The notes below the pieces were generated by a model. The model did no database searches and had not been told where the DNA came from. It saw only the letters and a program-made list of their open reading frames with translations. The position numbers were made by a program, and so were the translations under genes. A stretch of DNA of 56,142 nucleotides, counting the filler, from Deltaproteobacteria bacterium (GTDB lineage: Bacteria; Myxococcota; JACRCW01): the NCBI GenBank assembly GCA_016218805.1. It is 4 parts of 3 records of this genome, joined end to end, with 100 filler letters (N's around TTAATTAATTAA, not from the genome) between each part and the next. Parts side by side here need not be neighbours in the genome. Positions count along the whole stretch, not along the records: positions 46,033 to 56,142 come from JACRCW010000003.1; 3 more parts are not named here. One strand, written 5' to 3'. Below are positions 48,292-56,142 of this stretch, one piece after another. Each line of letters begins with the position of its first letter. Positions within the stretch are counted from its first letter, which is position 1.

Positions 48292-49721
48292 GGCAATGCA
48301 CGAATCTGCCTTGCCAGCAGCAAACGGTACAGAATTTTGCACACGTCAAACGGCCGCATGCCGCACCGCGCAATCAGCTGGCGGACGGTGAGGTCCGGTC
48401 CCACCTGGGTGAGCACGTAGCGCTCCTCGTCCGTGAGCCGTTCGGTGCTGCGGCGCTCCGTCTCAAACCGCGCGTCAAACGACGCAACGTGCTTCTCGAT
48501 CACCGCCCATTCGTCCACGCGGCGCAGGCCTTCCAGCAGCAGCTCATCCACCGGGATGGCCAGGCGCGCGTCCCCCACGTCCCCCGGCACCGGCACTTCC
48601 TTGCGCAGGCAGAACGTCCCGCGCTGGAAGCGCAGCAGCTCGTAGACCAGCTCGCTGCACTGGTCGCGCAGCGCGGCGTTGAGTTGTTCGCGCGTGACGT
48701 GCCCCAGCGCCACCAGCTGCTGGCCCAGCAGCTTCTTGTGCCCCTTGCGTGCGCGCAGCAGCCCGTCCAGCTCGGCGCGGTCAATGGCCCCGGTGGCAAC
48801 GAGGAAGCGCCCCAGCAGGAACTCTTCATGCAGGTTGGTGGCCTGTACAAAGTCAATCTTCCCCTGGCTGAAATACACGTCAAACCGCGTGTTGCCGCCC
48901 ACCACGCCGCCCAGCGCCACCCGCGCGTCCGGCCACACCTGGAACAGCCCGGTCTGTCCCTGCAGCGTCATGAGCTGGAACACCTCCGGGATGGGGACCA
49001 GGCTGAAGTCACCCCACAGCGCCGGCCGCCCGGGGTCCACCTGCAGCGCGCTGGAGACGGGGGGCAGCTGGCTGAGCGCCTCGTCCACCGCCTGGGTCAC
49101 CGCGTCGTGCACGCCCGGTCCCAGCTCGCGCAGCCGCTGCATCAGGTGGCGAATCAGCAGCCGGCGGGTGCCTTCCTCCGGCTCCGCCGGCAGCGTGCTG
49201 GGCTCGGCGCGGGCGGTGGTCTCACCGGCGGTGGTGAAGAACGCCGCCAGCGGCTGGACCAGCGTCTGCTCGTCGTGTTCCTCGGCCACGCGCCGCGCGC
49301 GCGGGAGGGACTGGTCCACGCTGGTGGCGGCGGGCGTGCGGTGTTTCTCCAGCGTGTAGCTGGCCAGCGCCAGGATGGCGTCCGGGGAAAACGGCTTGGT
49401 GATGTAATCCGCCACGCCCATCTGCTGGACCACACGTTCCGCCGCGCCGTCGCCCTTGGTGGTCATCAGCACCACCGGGATGTCACGCAGCGCCGGCTCC
49501 GCCTGCATGGCGCGGCACACCTGTTCGCCGCCCATGCCGGGCATCTGGAAGTCCAGCAGCAGCAGGTCCGGCGGGTCAGCGCGCATGACCTCCAGGCCCT
49601 GCGGGCCGTCCGGCGCGGTGCGCACGGCGTAGCCGGCCCCGGCCAGCACGCTCTCCACCGCCTTGAGGATGGCCGGCGCGTCATCCACCACCACCACGCG
49701 GGGCTTCTGCATCGGCATCAT
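48288..49721 (-). CDS. Response regulator with DUF4388 (PatA-N-like) domain
   Basis: REC (VVDD, LDFQMP, KPF); G.FS...IPEVFQL....QTG, LGRFLV, LGQQLV, LLLEGLRRVDEW. Confidence 0.88.
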   Translation of the reverse strand: MMPMQKPRVVVVDDAPAILKAVESVLAGAGYAVRTAPDGPQGLEVMRADPPDLLLLDFQMPGMGGEQVCRAMQAEPALRDIPVVLMTTKGDGAAERVVQQMGVADYITKPFSPDAILALASYTLEKHRTPAATSVDQSLPRARRVAEEHDEQTLVQPLAAFFTTAGETTARAEPSTLPAEPEEGTRRLLIRHLMQRLRELGPGVHDAVTQAVDEALSQLPPVSSALQVDPGRPALWGDFSLVPIPEVFQLMTLQGQTGLFQVWPDARVALGGVVGGNTRFDVYFSQGKIDFVQATNLHEEFLLGRFLVATGAIDRAELDGLLRARKGHKKLLGQQLVALGHVTREQLNAALRDQCSELVYELLRFQRGTFCLRKEVPVPGDVGDARLAIPVDELLLEGLRRVDEWAVIEKHVASFDARFETERRSTERLTDEERYVLTQVGPDLTVRQLIARCGMRPFDVCKILYRLLLARQIRALP

Positions 49722-49818
49722 CTCCCCCCGTCGGGGGGAGGTCGGGCGCTGCGCAGCATCGCCCGAATGGGGGGTGGAAGGGGTGGAACGGAGTACACGG
49801 GTGGCGGCCTTCTACCCC

Positions 49819-49865
49819 AAAAAGAATCCCCCCGGGACCGGCCCTTGTGGGCGGCACCGGGGGGA
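49819..49865 (-). terminator. Intrinsic terminator downstream of rpsU
   Basis: TCCCCCCGG...CCGGGGGGA stem with adjacent A-tract (U-tract on minus strand). Confidence 0.6.
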
Positions 49866-49890
49866 CGGTGGTTCACGCGGGGGAGGGGAA

Positions 49891-50097
49891 TCACTTCCCG
49901 CCAAACTGCATGCGCTTCTCCCGCTTCCGCGCACGCGCCTCCGCGGCACGCTCCTTCAGCTTCCGCTTGACGGACGGCTTCACGTAGTGCTCGCGCTTGC
50001 GGACTTCCTTGAGGATGCCCGCCTGCTCCACCTTGCGCTTGAAACGCTTGATGGCACGCTCCACGGCCTCGCCTTCACGAACGGTCACCTTGGTCAC
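49891..50097 (-). CDS. rpsU: 30S ribosomal protein S21
   Basis: V.VREGE..ERA.KRFKRK...GIL.E..KREHY.KPS; GAAGGTGG RBS. Confidence 0.97.
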   Translation of the reverse strand: MTKVTVREGEAVERAIKRFKRKVEQAGILKEVRKREHYVKPSVKRKLKERAAEARARKREKRMQFGGK

Positions 50098-50256
50098 GCC
50101 TGGTCACCACCTTCCGGGCACGTTCTCCGCTTGATCAGCACATGGGCCGGCGGCGTGCGGCACCCCGGGTCCCGTTGGGGAAACCGGGGGCCGTGCGCGT
50201 GTAGACGCCGGGAGTCCCTCTGGCAAGGGCCCGGGCCGGGCACTAGCCTTGGCGTC

Positions 50257-50817
50257 ATGGTCACCCAGCCCTCGCCCGTGCTGTTCACCTACGCGGAGTA
50301 TTCGCTGATCCCGCCGGACGGGAAGCGCTGGGAACTCATTGAGGGGGACTTTGAAGTGAACCCGGCACCCGTGACGATGCACCAGGTCCACGCGCTGCGA
50401 CTTGCGCGCACGCTGCTGACGCAACTGGAGGACATGCGACTCGGCGAGGTCTTTGTGGCGCCGTTTGACGTGATCCTGGGTCCGCACAACGTGGTGGAGC
50501 CTGACCTGGTGGTCATCTCCGCGGCGCACAAGGACCGCGTCAGTGACCGCGGCCTGGAGGGCATCCCGGACATCATTGTGGAGATCCTGTCGCAGAACCG
50601 CGCGTATGATGAGGTCCTCAAGCGTGCGCTGTATGAGAAACACGGGATTCCTGAGTACTGGATTGTCGACGGTGCCGCGGCCACGGTCACCCAGTTCGTG
50701 CTGCAGGAAGGGCGCTACACCGTCCACGCGGTGCGTGGGCGCGAGGACACGCTGACCTCCCCGCAGTTCAACGGCCGCGTCCAGGTGGCGCTGTCCTACG
50801 TGTTTGCACCGCGCTGA
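50257..50817 (+). CDS. Uma2 family PD-(D/E)XK endonuclease
   Basis: RWELIEG, EPDLVV, PDIIVEILS, K..LY...GIPEYWIVD. Confidence 0.9.
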   Translation: MVTQPSPVLFTYAEYSLIPPDGKRWELIEGDFEVNPAPVTMHQVHALRLARTLLTQLEDMRLGEVFVAPFDVILGPHNVVEPDLVVISAAHKDRVSDRGLEGIPDIIVEILSQNRAYDEVLKRALYEKHGIPEYWIVDGAAATVTQFVLQEGRYTVHAVRGREDTLTSPQFNGRVQVALSYVFAPR

Positions 50818-50909
50818 AGGACCACCCTCACCCGCGTGGCCACCCGGCCCTCATCCCGGCGGACGGAAAGCGCTGGGAGTTCACCGAGGGTGCAGGGGTG
50901 TTCCTCCCA

Positions 50910-50938
50910 GAAAGTGTCTCATTTAATGAGACACTTTC
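50910..50938. promoter_or_regulatory. 29-bp AT-rich palindrome with perfect 14-bp arms
   Basis: GAAAGTGTCTCATT-T-AATGAGACACTTTC. Confidence 0.7.
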
Positions 50939-51100
50939 CGCGGAAAGAGGGGTGCCCTTCCCAGCCGGCGCCGCCGCCCGCCACGCGCAACCGATTCCAC
51001 CACCCTCCCAAGCCCAGCCCGACCCGAGTCCTGCGCCTGCTCGTGATGCCGCGCCGTGCTGACGCGTGCCCGCCGTTGCCGCGCTCCGCGGCGCGCTGGC

Positions 51101-51931
51101 ATGCTGCCGCACCGCATGTACCTGGCCGTGCCGTTTGCGCTCCTGATTGTGCCGCTGGCCACGCCGGTGACGCTCAAGGCGGGGGACCGGGTGCTGGTGC
51201 TCCCGGTGCGCACGCAGGGCGACGTGCCCGCCCAGCTTGGGGACGCGGCCACGCAGGTGCTGGCGGCGCAGCTGGCCGCCCTGGGTGGGCGCGTGGTCAC
51301 CCTCCAGGAAATCTCGGAGACGCTCACCAACGAAAAGAACAAACAGGTGGCCGCCTGCACGGCGGAAAGTTGCGCGCTGGAGATCGCCGGGTCGCTGGAC
51401 GCGGACTACCTGGTCATTGGGATGGTGAGCCGCGTGGGGGATGCGTTTGTCCTGGCGCTCAGCCTGGTACGCGCGCGCAACGCCGTGGTGGCCGGGCGTG
51501 ACGTGGCCCGCGGCGACGCGCGCGACGCCAACGCCATCCTCGACGAGATTCCTCCCGCGGTGCAGCGCCTGTTTGGGCGGGCGCCCGCGCGCCCGCGCGC
51601 GGCACCGCCGCCCGCTACCCCGACCGTGGAAACCCCGCCCGCGCGAGCCACACCCCTCAAGCCGCTCCTGCTGGGCCTGGCCGCCCCGGGGCTGGTGGCG
51701 GGCGTGCTCGGGCTGCTGGCGGCGCCCGGCCTGCTGGGCGGCGCGCTGTGGGTGTACGGCGGCACGTTTGAGACGCAGCAGGTGCCTCATCTCTACGCGC
51801 TCCCCGGTCCGCCGTGGGCGCGCGTGACGGCGCTTCTGACCCTGTCCACCGCCGCGTTGATGGTCGCGCTGGCCGGCGCGGCCGCCACCACCGCCGGCGC
51901 CGCGCTGGGCATCGCCGGAGCCGTGCAATGA
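51101..51931 (+). CDS. Hypothetical protein with CsgG/DUF2380-like domain and C-terminal TMs
   Basis: ACTAESCALEIAGSLDADYLVIG.VSRVG, similar to 25550-26725. Confidence 0.65.
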   Translation: MLPHRMYLAVPFALLIVPLATPVTLKAGDRVLVLPVRTQGDVPAQLGDAATQVLAAQLAALGGRVVTLQEISETLTNEKNKQVAACTAESCALEIAGSLDADYLVIGMVSRVGDAFVLALSLVRARNAVVAGRDVARGDARDANAILDEIPPAVQRLFGRAPARPRAAPPPATPTVETPPARATPLKPLLLGLAAPGLVAGVLGLLAAPGLLGGALWVYGGTFETQQVPHLYALPGPPWARVTALLTLSTAALMVALAGAAATTAGAALGIAGAVQ

Positions 51932-52497
51932 GGATGGTGCTGCTGGTGGTTGCCGCGCTGTGCGCGTGCCCCACCGGCCGCTTCCTGTGCAATGCGGACG
52001 GGGATTGTCCATCCGGTCAGACCTGCACCGGCGGCACCTGCGCCACGCCCGAGAACCTGTGCGACGTGGCGCCCTGCGTGGACTGCCAGGCCGCGCGTTG
52101 GCCCATGCCGGGTGACCGGGTGCGCGCTTCGCAGTTCCAGCTGCGCGAGCACACCGTCTATGACCCCGCGCGCGGGCTGGAGTGGGAACGCGCCACCGAG
52201 GCGGCGCACTTCACGCACGCGCAGGCGGTGGAGCGGTGCCGGTGCCTGCCGCTCGCCGGGCGGCATGACTGGCGCCTGCCCACGCGCATTGAGCTGGTCA
52301 CGCTGGTGGACCACGGCAGCACCATGCCCGCCATTGACCAGGACGCGTTCCCGGGCGGCGGCGGGCGCCGCTGGACCGCGTCTCCCGACACGGATCCTGC
52401 CTTTGCGTGGGCGGTGGACTTTGACAGCGGGGCCGTCAGCGGCGCGCAGCGGGTCACCGGGCTGCCGGTCCGCTGCGTCCGTGGGAGCACGCCGTGA
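51928..52497 (+). CDS. DUF1566 (Lcl/CLec-like) lipoprotein
   Basis: VYD...GLEWE, DWRLPTRIELVTL, W.S, AWAVDF..G, VRCVR. Confidence 0.85.
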   Translation: MRMVLLVVAALCACPTGRFLCNADGDCPSGQTCTGGTCATPENLCDVAPCVDCQAARWPMPGDRVRASQFQLREHTVYDPARGLEWERATEAAHFTHAQAVERCRCLPLAGRHDWRLPTRIELVTLVDHGSTMPAIDQDAFPGGGGRRWTASPDTDPAFAWAVDFDSGAVSGAQRVTGLPVRCVRGSTP

Positions 52498-52931
52498 CCG
52501 CGCGCGCCGCACGCGCCCTGCTGTGCCTGTTGGCCCCTGCCGTCGTCACGGCGGCCGTGCCCCGCGAGTGGTACCAGTCCACGGCCACCACCGTGCTGGA
52601 CACGCGCACCGGGCTGACCTGGCAGCGCGTGCCTTCAACCACACCGGCCACAGCGTCCGCCGCCGCCGCCACCTGCCAGGCGCTGGCCCTGGGCGGCTTT
52701 TCCACCGGGTGGCGCCTGCCCACCATCAAGGAACTCCTCACGCTCGTGAACGAGGACCGCGGCGACCCGGCCATCGATATCGAGGCATTCCCCGACACCG
52801 TCTCCGTCGTGTACTGGTCCTCCACCCCCGCGGCGAACCAGCCCGGCATGTTCTGGGGCCTCGCGTTCATGTGGGGCACCACGGACATCCGCAGCGGAAC
52901 GGACACGGCGCTGGCGCGCTGCGTGCGGTGA
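52494..52931 (+). CDS. DUF1566 (Lcl/CLec-like) secreted protein
   Basis: VLDTRTGLTWQR, GWRLPTIKELLTL, YWSST, ARCVR. Confidence 0.88.
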   Translation: MTARAARALLCLLAPAVVTAAVPREWYQSTATTVLDTRTGLTWQRVPSTTPATASAAAATCQALALGGFSTGWRLPTIKELLTLVNEDRGDPAIDIEAFPDTVSVVYWSSTPAANQPGMFWGLAFMWGTTDIRSGTDTALARCVR

Positions 52932-52948
52932 GGCAACGGCAGCGTGCG

Positions 52949-53635
52949 TCAGCAGGTGCGCGCAAGCGCCTGCATGAACCGCGGTGTGTTCCTGAGGAGT
53001 TCCACCACGGCCGCGAATGAGGTGCCTGCCGCCGCGACCTCCTCGGCGGGGAAGTCCTTCGCCAACTCCTCGTTGTGGCGGTCCGCAAGGCAGCACGCGC
53101 CCTTGGTGTCCTCCACTTCATCAAGGAGGGCCCGGTCCGCCTTCCACTGGGAGAACAACTCCAGGTGCCGGCCGCACGGCCCGTCCCGGCACAACCGGCT
53201 CGCGGTGTCCGTCGCCTGGTAGAGCCAAGCCTCCATCTCAAAGTGCGGAATCACCGGCAGCAGTCCGTCAAGGACCGCGGGGTCTTTGCCACTGGCGTCG
53301 AGCACCCGCCGCACCCGGTCGCGGAACCGCTCCCGGAAGTGGCGCGCGTTCTCGCTTTCCTTCCGCTCTGACCATCGGCATTCGCCGTCCACGTGCATCA
53401 ACACGAAGTGACCCAGAGCGAGCCGCGTGGCGATTTCCCGCCGCAGTGTGATGGCCTCGGGCGCGTTGGACTTCCAGTGGCTGCCCCACCCGCCCGTTGG
53501 GCGTTCGGGCAGGTCAAGCTGGACCTTCTGGGTCTGGCAGCGCGGGTCCACGCAGCGGCACAGCTTCCGTGCCAGGTGCCGCATGACCGGATGCGCGGCG
53601 GCGGCGGAGTCCTCCGTCACCAGCAGGATCCTCAC
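52949..53635 (-). CDS. DUF4276/TOPRIM-like putative nuclease partner of ATPase
   Basis: N-terminal ILLVTED, HVDGE, PHFEMEAWLY; GTGA overlap with the ATPase. Confidence 0.65.
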   Translation of the reverse strand: MRILLVTEDSAAAAHPVMRHLARKLCRCVDPRCQTQKVQLDLPERPTGGWGSHWKSNAPEAITLRREIATRLALGHFVLMHVDGECRWSERKESENARHFRERFRDRVRRVLDASGKDPAVLDGLLPVIPHFEMEAWLYQATDTASRLCRDGPCGRHLELFSQWKADRALLDEVEDTKGACCLADRHNEELAKDFPAEEVAAAGTSFAAVVELLRNTPRFMQALARTC

Positions 53636-54786
53636 CACAGGTCGCGCGCTATCAGGATCTCGCTGAGCTGCTGGATTCCCACTTCGCGCGCCTCGAACAC
53701 GTCCCGGGCCGTGTCCGCGTCCACGTTTTGCCATCGCAGGGTCTCGCCGTCTCGCTTGCAGATGATGAAGGTCTTTTGCGCTTCCTGCGGGGAGCGCACC
53801 GGCACGTGGTCCAGCAGGAGCGAGTTCTGACTCGTCAGGAACGCCTGCCGGTCCCCGATCTCGTCGAGGCACGCGCGGATCCAGCTGTGGTGCATCCCGT
53901 TCACCAACTCGTCCGCGATAATCACGTCGGAACAGGCGGAGTAGTAGAAGAACGCCAGCAGGCGCTTCTGGCCGTAGCTGAGATGGCTCTCTGGGAACTG
54001 GCGAAACCCGTCGTCGAGGACGAACTTGAGTCCCTTGTAGCGTGGCCTGCCATGGTCCGCGTCCCACCAGACCATGCTCATGGACGCGTCCACCAAGCCC
54101 AGCAAAGGCATCAGTTTCCGCAGGAACGCGGGCACGTCAGTACGCGCGAGGCGGATGTCGTCGGCCGTCACCGCGGCGGCATGTCCCTTGAGGGCAGCGC
54201 GTGCGTCTTCCGGCAACAGAAGCCAGCTCCAAGGCCGCTCCTTCTCAACCTCCAGGCGCGGCGCAAGCTCGACGTCCCGCCCCGACATGCGGGTGAAGAA
54301 CTCCAATGACTCGTCGAAACGCAACTGCAGCGGCAAGGTGTCGGCGGGCTCCGGCCACAGCCCCGAATGGGTTAGGCACATTGCCAACCACCCCACCTTG
54401 AAGGGACGGTCGGCCGGCTGGGACTCAAGGTGCCACTCTTTCGGTTCGCCCTGGGGGCCCGTCCAGGTGAGAGCCACCTTCCACGACACCTCGGTCGTTA
54501 CGCCGCCCAGCAATCCCGCCACGTCTCTCCCTGCCACGCGGGCATTGCTGATGCTGACATCCGCGCGCGCGCTCCCATGGTGAACCCGGTAGGAGATGTC
54601 GAACTCCTCCTTCTGCAGTGGACCGAATTCCCCACACACCGCCATCGCCAGCAGGTCCAACAGCGTGGTCTTGCCCGTCGCGTTGAGCCCCAGCAGCACA
54701 TTGATGCCGTCGTTGAACTCCAGCCGCGTCCCCGGCGCCACGTTGCGGAACTTGCGAATCTCCATCGACTCCAGGCGCGCCTTCAT
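53632..54786 (-). CDS. ABC-type (AAA_21/OLD-like) ATPase
   Basis: Walker A GLNATGKT, signature LSYGQKR, Walker B IIADE, LTSQN; GAGGTG RBS. Confidence 0.88.
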   Translation of the reverse strand: MKARLESMEIRKFRNVAPGTRLEFNDGINVLLGLNATGKTTLLDLLAMAVCGEFGPLQKEEFDISYRVHHGSARADVSISNARVAGRDVAGLLGGVTTEVSWKVALTWTGPQGEPKEWHLESQPADRPFKVGWLAMCLTHSGLWPEPADTLPLQLRFDESLEFFTRMSGRDVELAPRLEVEKERPWSWLLLPEDARAALKGHAAAVTADDIRLARTDVPAFLRKLMPLLGLVDASMSMVWWDADHGRPRYKGLKFVLDDGFRQFPESHLSYGQKRLLAFFYYSACSDVIIADELVNGMHHSWIRACLDEIGDRQAFLTSQNSLLLDHVPVRSPQEAQKTFIICKRDGETLRWQNVDADTARDVFEAREVGIQQLSEILIARDLW

Positions 54787-54823
54787 CGGTCACCTCGCGG
54801 GTCCCAACTACCACGTGGCGGAC

Positions 54824-55034
54824 CCATGACACTGCCGGACATTCACTTTGACACCCCCGTTACACACCCTTGACGGTGCCATTGCATACCCTTGACGGTG
54901 CCCGCGCATACCCCAGACACCACCCCAGCAGACATGGACACCCCCCAAGCAGCACCTGACACCCCCCGTACACCGTGTCAGGGGGGTGTCAGGGGCGTTG
55001 TCCGGCACTGTCAGGGCTTGCTTGAGGGGTGTCC
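54824..55034. repeat. Non-coding inverted array with 11/22 nt period
   Basis: 11-nt units (TGACACCCCCG, TTACACACCCT, TGACGGTGCCA, TTGCATACCCT, TGACGGTGCCC...) plus inverted arms including a perfect 13-bp stem 54955-54967/54981-54993. Confidence 0.8.
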
Positions 55035-55042
55035 AGCGCGCG

Positions 55043-55924
55043 TCAGGCGTGCAGCGCGTCCGGGTCCACCACGTCACCGGTGGCGTGTTCCACCGCTTCT
55101 TCGTAGCTGCCGCCGCGCGTCTTGGTCTGGTTGGGGAAGGTCTTGTCCAGGCGCCAGCGGCGTTGGGCGTCCGGGTCATCCCCGGCCATGGCGCGGCCCC
55201 ACCCGCTGAGCCACTGCATGTACTCGTACAAGCACTTCACCAGCTTGCGGCGGTAGGCCTGCGCCTTGTTGCGTTCCAGGCCGGTCTTGAGGCGCAGGCC
55301 CGCCACCGTCCCCAGCGTGTCCACGGCGGTCTTCAGCGCCGCAATGTGCTGCCGGGCCACGGCAGGCTGGTCAAACTCGTCAACAATCTCCGTGGCCGCT
55401 TTCACCACCAACAGGCCCGCCCCGTAGAGCGCGCGCGGGCTGCCCAGCGCGCGGCGGATGTCAAAAACGCGCAGCGGGATCCCCACGGCGGACGCCCGCA
55501 GCGCCAGCTTGTTGCGCGCGGCCACCACGGCCCGCATGGCCACCAGCGCGTCCTCGGAGATGACCTCAGTGCGGGCACCAATGAGACGCGTGCCCACGCC
55601 GTGGTTCTGGAACTCATTGAGGAACTCCTGAAGCACCTCCAGGTGTTTGCGGGTGACCGGCATCTTCTCGCGAGCGAACGACGCGAGGTCTTCGTCGACG
55701 TTCTCCACCATCTCGCCCCCGTCCAGGTACAGCAGGCTGGGCGCGTACGGGAGGCGGATGCCGTAGTCGGGGGTGGCGTCCACTTCGCGGAGCATGATGG
55801 CGTGCGGCGTGCCACTGCGGACGTCCCACTTGCGCGCCTTCTGGGTGGTGCGGCTGTTGTTGGCGCGCGTGGCAACGGTGTTGCGGACGGAGGTCTTCTT
55901 CGCCTGTTTCTTCCTGGGTGCCAT
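55043..55924 (-). CDS. Hypothetical alpha-helical protein with basic N-terminus
   Basis: GGGAGG RBS; GC3-rich codons; MAPRKKQAKK start; amphipathic helices; no family recognised. Confidence 0.8.
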   Translation of the reverse strand: MAPRKKQAKKTSVRNTVATRANNSRTTQKARKWDVRSGTPHAIMLREVDATPDYGIRLPYAPSLLYLDGGEMVENVDEDLASFAREKMPVTRKHLEVLQEFLNEFQNHGVGTRLIGARTEVISEDALVAMRAVVAARNKLALRASAVGIPLRVFDIRRALGSPRALYGAGLLVVKAATEIVDEFDQPAVARQHIAALKTAVDTLGTVAGLRLKTGLERNKAQAYRRKLVKCLYEYMQWLSGWGRAMAGDDPDAQRRWRLDKTFPNQTKTRGGSYEEAVEHATGDVVDPDALHA

Positions 55925-56142
55925 GACTTCCCTCCCGTTGAGGTTGTGACGACGGCAATTACGGGACGCCCGGCGGGGTGCGCAAGTTCCTGAGCCCGCC
56001 GCGGGTGTGATCGCCCATGGTTGTGGTCCCTGCCGGTGGGGCAGCCACAGGATCCCAAAGAGCCGTTGTGGTGTGGCACAGCCGCCCCGGCTGTGCCGGT
56101 GCATAGCGACGTCACGGGTGTCCCGCTGGCGTCCCGGCCGGG

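Noticed and set aside
51928..52931. Tandem DUF1566 genes as diversity-generating retroelement targets
   Set aside because: No reverse transcriptase and no template repeat differing only at adenines in the window; the two 3' ends differ at all base types.

Overview
GC-rich bacterial DNA, probably Myxococcota-like (inferred from PilZ, DUF4388 response regulator, Cys-rich lipoproteins and hybrid kinases). It is four assembly fragments joined by N44-TTAATTAATTAA-N44 linkers at 12081-12180, 37095-37194 and 45933-46032. Fragment 1 has tgt plus an MnmC-like methyltransferase, a PilZ protein, an MBL hydrolase, a DUF350/glutathionylspermidine-synthase-like/DUF1517-like operon and an apparently circularly permuted pyroglutamyl peptidase I. 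Fragment 2 has two tandem Rhs modules with candidate immunity genes, a pair of large paralogous Ala/Gly-rich membrane proteins behind a sigma54-like promoter, metK, a triheme cytochrome c, pbpC, PP2C, a metalloprotease/propeller/Omp85 protein and the anaerobic benzoyl-CoA genes had-oah-dch with a TetR gene and a palindromic operator. Fragment 3 has hybrid kinases, XRE, radC, lipoproteins, two convergent hemerythrins (one frameshifted), a non-coding inverted array with 21-22 nt period and the end of an ISL3 element. Fragment 4 has a DUF4388 regulator operon, rpsU, Uma2, two DUF1566 genes, an ABC-type ATPase/TOPRIM-like pair, a second inverted array with 11/22 nt period and an uncharacterised helical protein. 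The strongest novelty candidates are the two periodic inverted arrays (one sitting between the helical orphan and the ATPase/nuclease-like pair), the large paralog pair and the permuted peptidase. All family assignments come from motif recognition by eye; no database searches were run.
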